A DNA stretch of 64,000 nt from contig CAWDML010000002.1 of the NCBI GenBank assembly GCA_963803435.1, positions 160,001-224,000 of the forward strand, in the 5' to 3' direction. Positions 61,248-64,000 of the stretch are shown one piece after another (the first letter of the stretch is position 1; each line of letters opens with the position of its first letter). This DNA is from an uncultured delta proteobacterium. Its GTDB lineage: Bacteria > Myxococcota > Kuafuiibacteriia > Kuafuiibacteriales > Kuafuiibacteriaceae. Position numbers and translations under genes: made by a program. The notes under the pieces are model-generated. The model was not told the origin of the DNA. It saw nothing but the letters and a program-made list of their open reading frames with translations, and searched no databases.

Positions 61248-61366
61248 GAAACCATGGGATCAAGTCCAGGCGTCGAAGTCGATCCGCCCAACGATCGATT
61301 CCAGACGAAACGACCTCCAAGAACTTCTGCTGGTCAAAGTGGACGAGCTACCGCAAGCTAGCTTGC

Positions 61367-61735
61367 ATGGTCACTTTCGATCACGAGAAGCTCGAGGTCT
61401 ACCAGCTCGCCGTCGAGTATGCCGACATCGCTGAAGAGATCGCACAAGAACTGCAACCCGGTCACGCTCACGTCCGCGATCAGCTTCGGCGGGCATCCGA
61501 TTCCATCGTGAACAACACCGCCGAGGGCGCCGGAGAGTTCAATCCACCTGAGAAGGCTCGCTTCTACCGGATGGCACTTCGCTCTGACACCGAAAGCGCC
61601 GCCTCACTCCACACCTGCTTGAGGCGCCGACTCGCCAACGAGCAGAAGGTCCAAGCCGCCAGAGCCAAGCTCAAGCGCGTTGTCGAGAGGCTCACGCGCC
61701 TCATCAAGTCGATGAACGCACGCCGGGCTGCATGA
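61367..61735 (+). CDS. four-helix-bundle protein (23S rRNA IVP / Avd-like)
   Basis: FDHEKLEVYQLA, DQLRRASDSI..N.AEG, EKARFYRMA..S..E.A. Confidence 0.92.
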   Translation: MVTFDHEKLEVYQLAVEYADIAEEIAQELQPGHAHVRDQLRRASDSIVNNTAEGAGEFNPPEKARFYRMALRSDTESAASLHTCLRRRLANEQKVQAARAKLKRVVERLTRLIKSMNARRAA

Positions 61736-61740
61736 TCGCC

Positions 61741-61809
61741 ATCGGGACCGGGACCGGGACCGGGACCCGGACCGGGCTCGCGGTAGCGCTACGCGCTACA
61801 CGCTCCTAG
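61741..61809. repeat. right inverted-repeat arm
   Basis: ATC, about five (G/C)GGACC units, GGGCTCGCGGTAGCGCTACGCGCTACACGCTCCTAG; begins 5 nt after the four-helix-bundle stop. Confidence 0.9.
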
Positions 61810-61884
61810 CTGGAGTCCAGGCGCTCAAGTGTGACGCCGAGGCCCGAAGAACCGCTCGGCGGCCCGCTCCCACCCCCGCGCGGG

Positions 61885-62787
61885 TCAGCCGCCGTTGCGC
61901 AGCCCCTGCTCGATCATCTTCGCCGGGACGCCCAGCTCCTCCAGCAGGTCGAGATCGAGCGAGAGGAAGGTGCCGACGGAGAACGCGTCGTCGTTGTGTA
62001 GGTCGATCTGGACGAACGGAATGATCGCCAGGGCGTCGAGCAGGCCGACGCGCACGCCGGCGCCCACGTTCACGGCCACCCGCGTGTCCTTCTGGAGGAT
62101 GGAGAGCAGATGGATCTGGCCGCCGATCGACCAGTATTTCGCAGAGGGGAGATAGTCGACACCCCCGTCGGCGCCGAGGAAGGTGCCGTCGCCCGTCAGC
62201 GAGGGATCGACGTACAGGCCGGCGCGCCAGTAGACCTGGGGCTCGTGGGTGAGCGCGACGGAGTCCTTGTCACCCACGCGCTCGTTCATGCAGGCGAAGT
62301 CGTCGATGTTGCCCATCGCCGAGATGTGCGCACCTGCGGAGACGATCGGATCCTTCCAGTCCTTCTCCGAGAAGAACAGGATCATCCGCGGCCGGATGAA
62401 GACGAACCAGCTCCGGATCTCGAGGCCGGTGAGCTCGCCCTCGGCGCTGCAGCCGATCTTGGGGGCGGCGTTCGGAGGCGGCTGCGCGCGAGGCTCGGGA
62501 CAGGGGCCGTACCCGGTCACCGGGTCGTGCGGGTTCGCGACGCAGGGGCAGCGATCTCCGCACGCGTCGGGAATGCCGTCGCCATCGGTGTCGACCAGGT
62601 TCTGGCCGATCGCGCTCGCGTGGCAGAGGTGATCGAGGTGATTGTCCTCGGTGATCTCCACGTGCGGGCACTTCGGATCGAAGGCCTGGCACGGCTTGCA
62701 GGTCTCCTGCGCGCGGGAGGCGCGCGGAGGAAGCGCGCCCGCGATGCCGATCGCGAGGATGGCGATCAGGCGAAGAAGCTTTCGCAT
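61885..62787 (-). CDS. secreted protein with thrombospondin type 3-like motif
   Basis: Signal peptide MRKLLRLIAILAIGIAGA; DTDGDGIPDACGDRCP..ANP; C-terminal beta-strand-rich region. Confidence 0.7.
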   Translation of the reverse strand: MRKLLRLIAILAIGIAGALPPRASRAQETCKPCQAFDPKCPHVEITEDNHLDHLCHASAIGQNLVDTDGDGIPDACGDRCPCVANPHDPVTGYGPCPEPRAQPPPNAAPKIGCSAEGELTGLEIRSWFVFIRPRMILFFSEKDWKDPIVSAGAHISAMGNIDDFACMNERVGDKDSVALTHEPQVYWRAGLYVDPSLTGDGTFLGADGGVDYLPSAKYWSIGGQIHLLSILQKDTRVAVNVGAGVRVGLLDALAIIPFVQIDLHNDDAFSVGTFLSLDLDLLEELGVPAKMIEQGLRNGG

Positions 62788-63791
62788 AGCTGGAACTTCT
62801 GGAGCTCCGAACCCATGAGCATGTGCGAGCGGACGTTCGTGAAGATGCTGTCCATGCGATCCTTCAGCCCGCCGGGGTACATCTTCATGGTGAGGTCGGC
62901 GGGTACCAGGCCGTCGCCCCGGACGACGCTGTGATCGTCGAGCTGATCGAGGACCGGCAGCGCCGGGAACGCCGGGATGGACGCCCGCGTGTTGTGGTTG
63001 CGCCCCTGGATCACGACGAACCGCTCGATCCGCTTGAGCGCCTCGAAGGTCTCCTGGGCCAGCATCAGCAGCATCTCCTGCGCTCGAAGTAGGAGCTGCG
63101 GATGGAGGCCCTCCGTGGGATCGGTGGAGAGGAGGCCCGCGCGCTCCCAGGTCTTCGGCTTGAGCAGCTCGGAGCCCTCCACGCCGGCCACGCCGACGTG
63201 CCAGCGCGGCAGCATCATGTAGACCGAAGGCCAGGTCCGCACCACGCGCTTGTCGACGACGACACCCGGGAGCAGATCGACGCCCTCGAGCAAGGCGGTG
63301 GCGGCGTTGACGTTGCCGCCGAAGGGCACGCCGAGGAACACCACCCTCCGCACCAACCGGTGGAAGTCGTCGGGGCTGATCGAGAGGGACGCGACCAGCA
63401 GGATCAGACCGCCCTGCGAGTGACAGACCACGTCCCACTGATCGCCGCTGGCGCTCAGGAACTCGCGGAGCTTGCCGGCGCTGTAGCGGATGTCGAGGCG
63501 CCAGTCGTAGTCGTAGAACGTGTACCTCGGCGTCAGGGACTCCTCGAACGGCCGGTACACGGCGCTGATGTGCCCGCTCGCGCCGATGTCGATCGGGCCC
63601 GAGCCGTCCGCGAGGCCGGAGGTGCGCCGAGGCTCGAGCACGTCCGGATCGTCGTCGTGCTCGCAGTGCAGCGCGTTCTGGGAGCCGAGGGCCATCTCGA
63701 GGATCGACCCGACCTGCTCGCCGAAGGCACCGTTGGCGCGCCTCGAGTAGATGCATCCGCCCGTGCCGGGGATGAACAACCGCTTGGCCAT
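62766..63791 (-). CDS. alpha/beta hydrolase (LCAT/PGAP1-like lipase/acyltransferase)
   Basis: FIPGTGG, YDWR, VCHSQGG, LGVPFGG, GDGLVP, terminal His. Confidence 0.85.
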   Translation of the reverse strand: MAKRLFIPGTGGCIYSRRANGAFGEQVGSILEMALGSQNALHCEHDDDPDVLEPRRTSGLADGSGPIDIGASGHISAVYRPFEESLTPRYTFYDYDWRLDIRYSAGKLREFLSASGDQWDVVCHSQGGLILLVASLSISPDDFHRLVRRVVFLGVPFGGNVNAATALLEGVDLLPGVVVDKRVVRTWPSVYMMLPRWHVGVAGVEGSELLKPKTWERAGLLSTDPTEGLHPQLLLRAQEMLLMLAQETFEALKRIERFVVIQGRNHNTRASIPAFPALPVLDQLDDHSVVRGDGLVPADLTMKMYPGGLKDRMDSIFTNVRSHMLMGSELQKFQLCESFFA

Positions 63792-63858
63792 GGACGCGCT
63801 CGAAGCGTACCAGCGCCGCCGGTCGGGAGCGACTGTCCGAAAGATCAGGAGCGTCGCG

Positions 63859-64000
63859 TCAGCGCTCGCGCGCCACCCGCACGATCCGATTGTTCAGGCT
63901 GTCCATGACGTACAGGTTGCCGTCCGGATCGAACGCGAGCCCGAACGGCCGCCGGAGCCGCGTCATGGTGGCCGGGAGCTGCTCCGCGTCGTCCACGCCG
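63859..64000 (-). CDS. NHL-repeat protein C-terminus (partial)
   Basis: LRRPFGLAFDPDGNLYVMDSLNNRIVRV..ER*. Confidence 0.8.
   Translation of the reverse strand, partial: GVDDAEQLPATMTRLRRPFGLAFDPDGNLYVMDSLNNRIVRVARER

Larger units (their letters stand above)
60354..61809. mobile_element. putative element bounded by 70-bp inverted repeats, carrying four-helix-bundle gene and IS1182 remnant
   Basis: Arms 60354-60423 and 61741-61809 are reverse complements (65/70 aligned columns by hand); CTAG at both outer ends; interior visibly less GC-rich than flanks. Confidence 0.65.

Noticed and set aside
60354-61809. Diversity-generating retroelement (Avd-like gene)
   Set aside because: No reverse transcriptase and no TR/VR direct-repeat pair seen in the window.
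169-63908. Many long antisense or alternate-frame ORFs (e.g. 3073..5454, 17466..20207, 32770..34899, 48423..51287 N-part)
   Set aside because: Shadow ORFs expected at high GC; Arg/Gly/Pro-rich and overlapping recognisable genes.

Overview
GC-rich bacterial DNA; the gene repertoire (Cys-rich lipoproteins, DUF4781-type giant protein, LytS/LytTR pairs, P450) suggests Myxococcota/deltaproteobacteria (inference). Many genes are broken by single-base indels, most likely long-read assembly errors, so several fused or split ORFs in the track are artefacts. Left arm: FG-GAP lipoprotein, a 1105-aa DUF4781-like protein with a C-terminal HHSS..AAGE..SGHY domain plus a candidate immunity gene, LytS/LytTR, P450, a galactokinase-like/UDP-sugar pyrophosphorylase fusion, trans-sulfuration enzyme, GH62-like hydrolase, MFS and Gld-type ABC transporters, IscS and a DHH protein. 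Centre (31.8-48.4 kb): a type VI secretion cluster (DUF2169-pentapeptide, pentapeptide, DUF3540, PAAR-like, tssA-B-C-hcp-tagJ-E-F-G-clpV-vgrG) with no tssJ/K/L/M and a sigma54-type promoter before hcp, followed by an amidase/M23-like protein. Right arm: a redox-type cluster (thioredoxin, CxxC-tailed ECF sigma, OYE, pirin), a second LytS/LytTR pair, and a 1.46-kb element bounded by 70-bp inverted repeats (CTAG end, small hairpin, GGTCCC microsatellite) enclosing a four-helix-bundle gene and an IS1182 remnant. No rRNA, tRNA or CRISPR array seen. Domain calls are from motif recognition only; no database searches were run.
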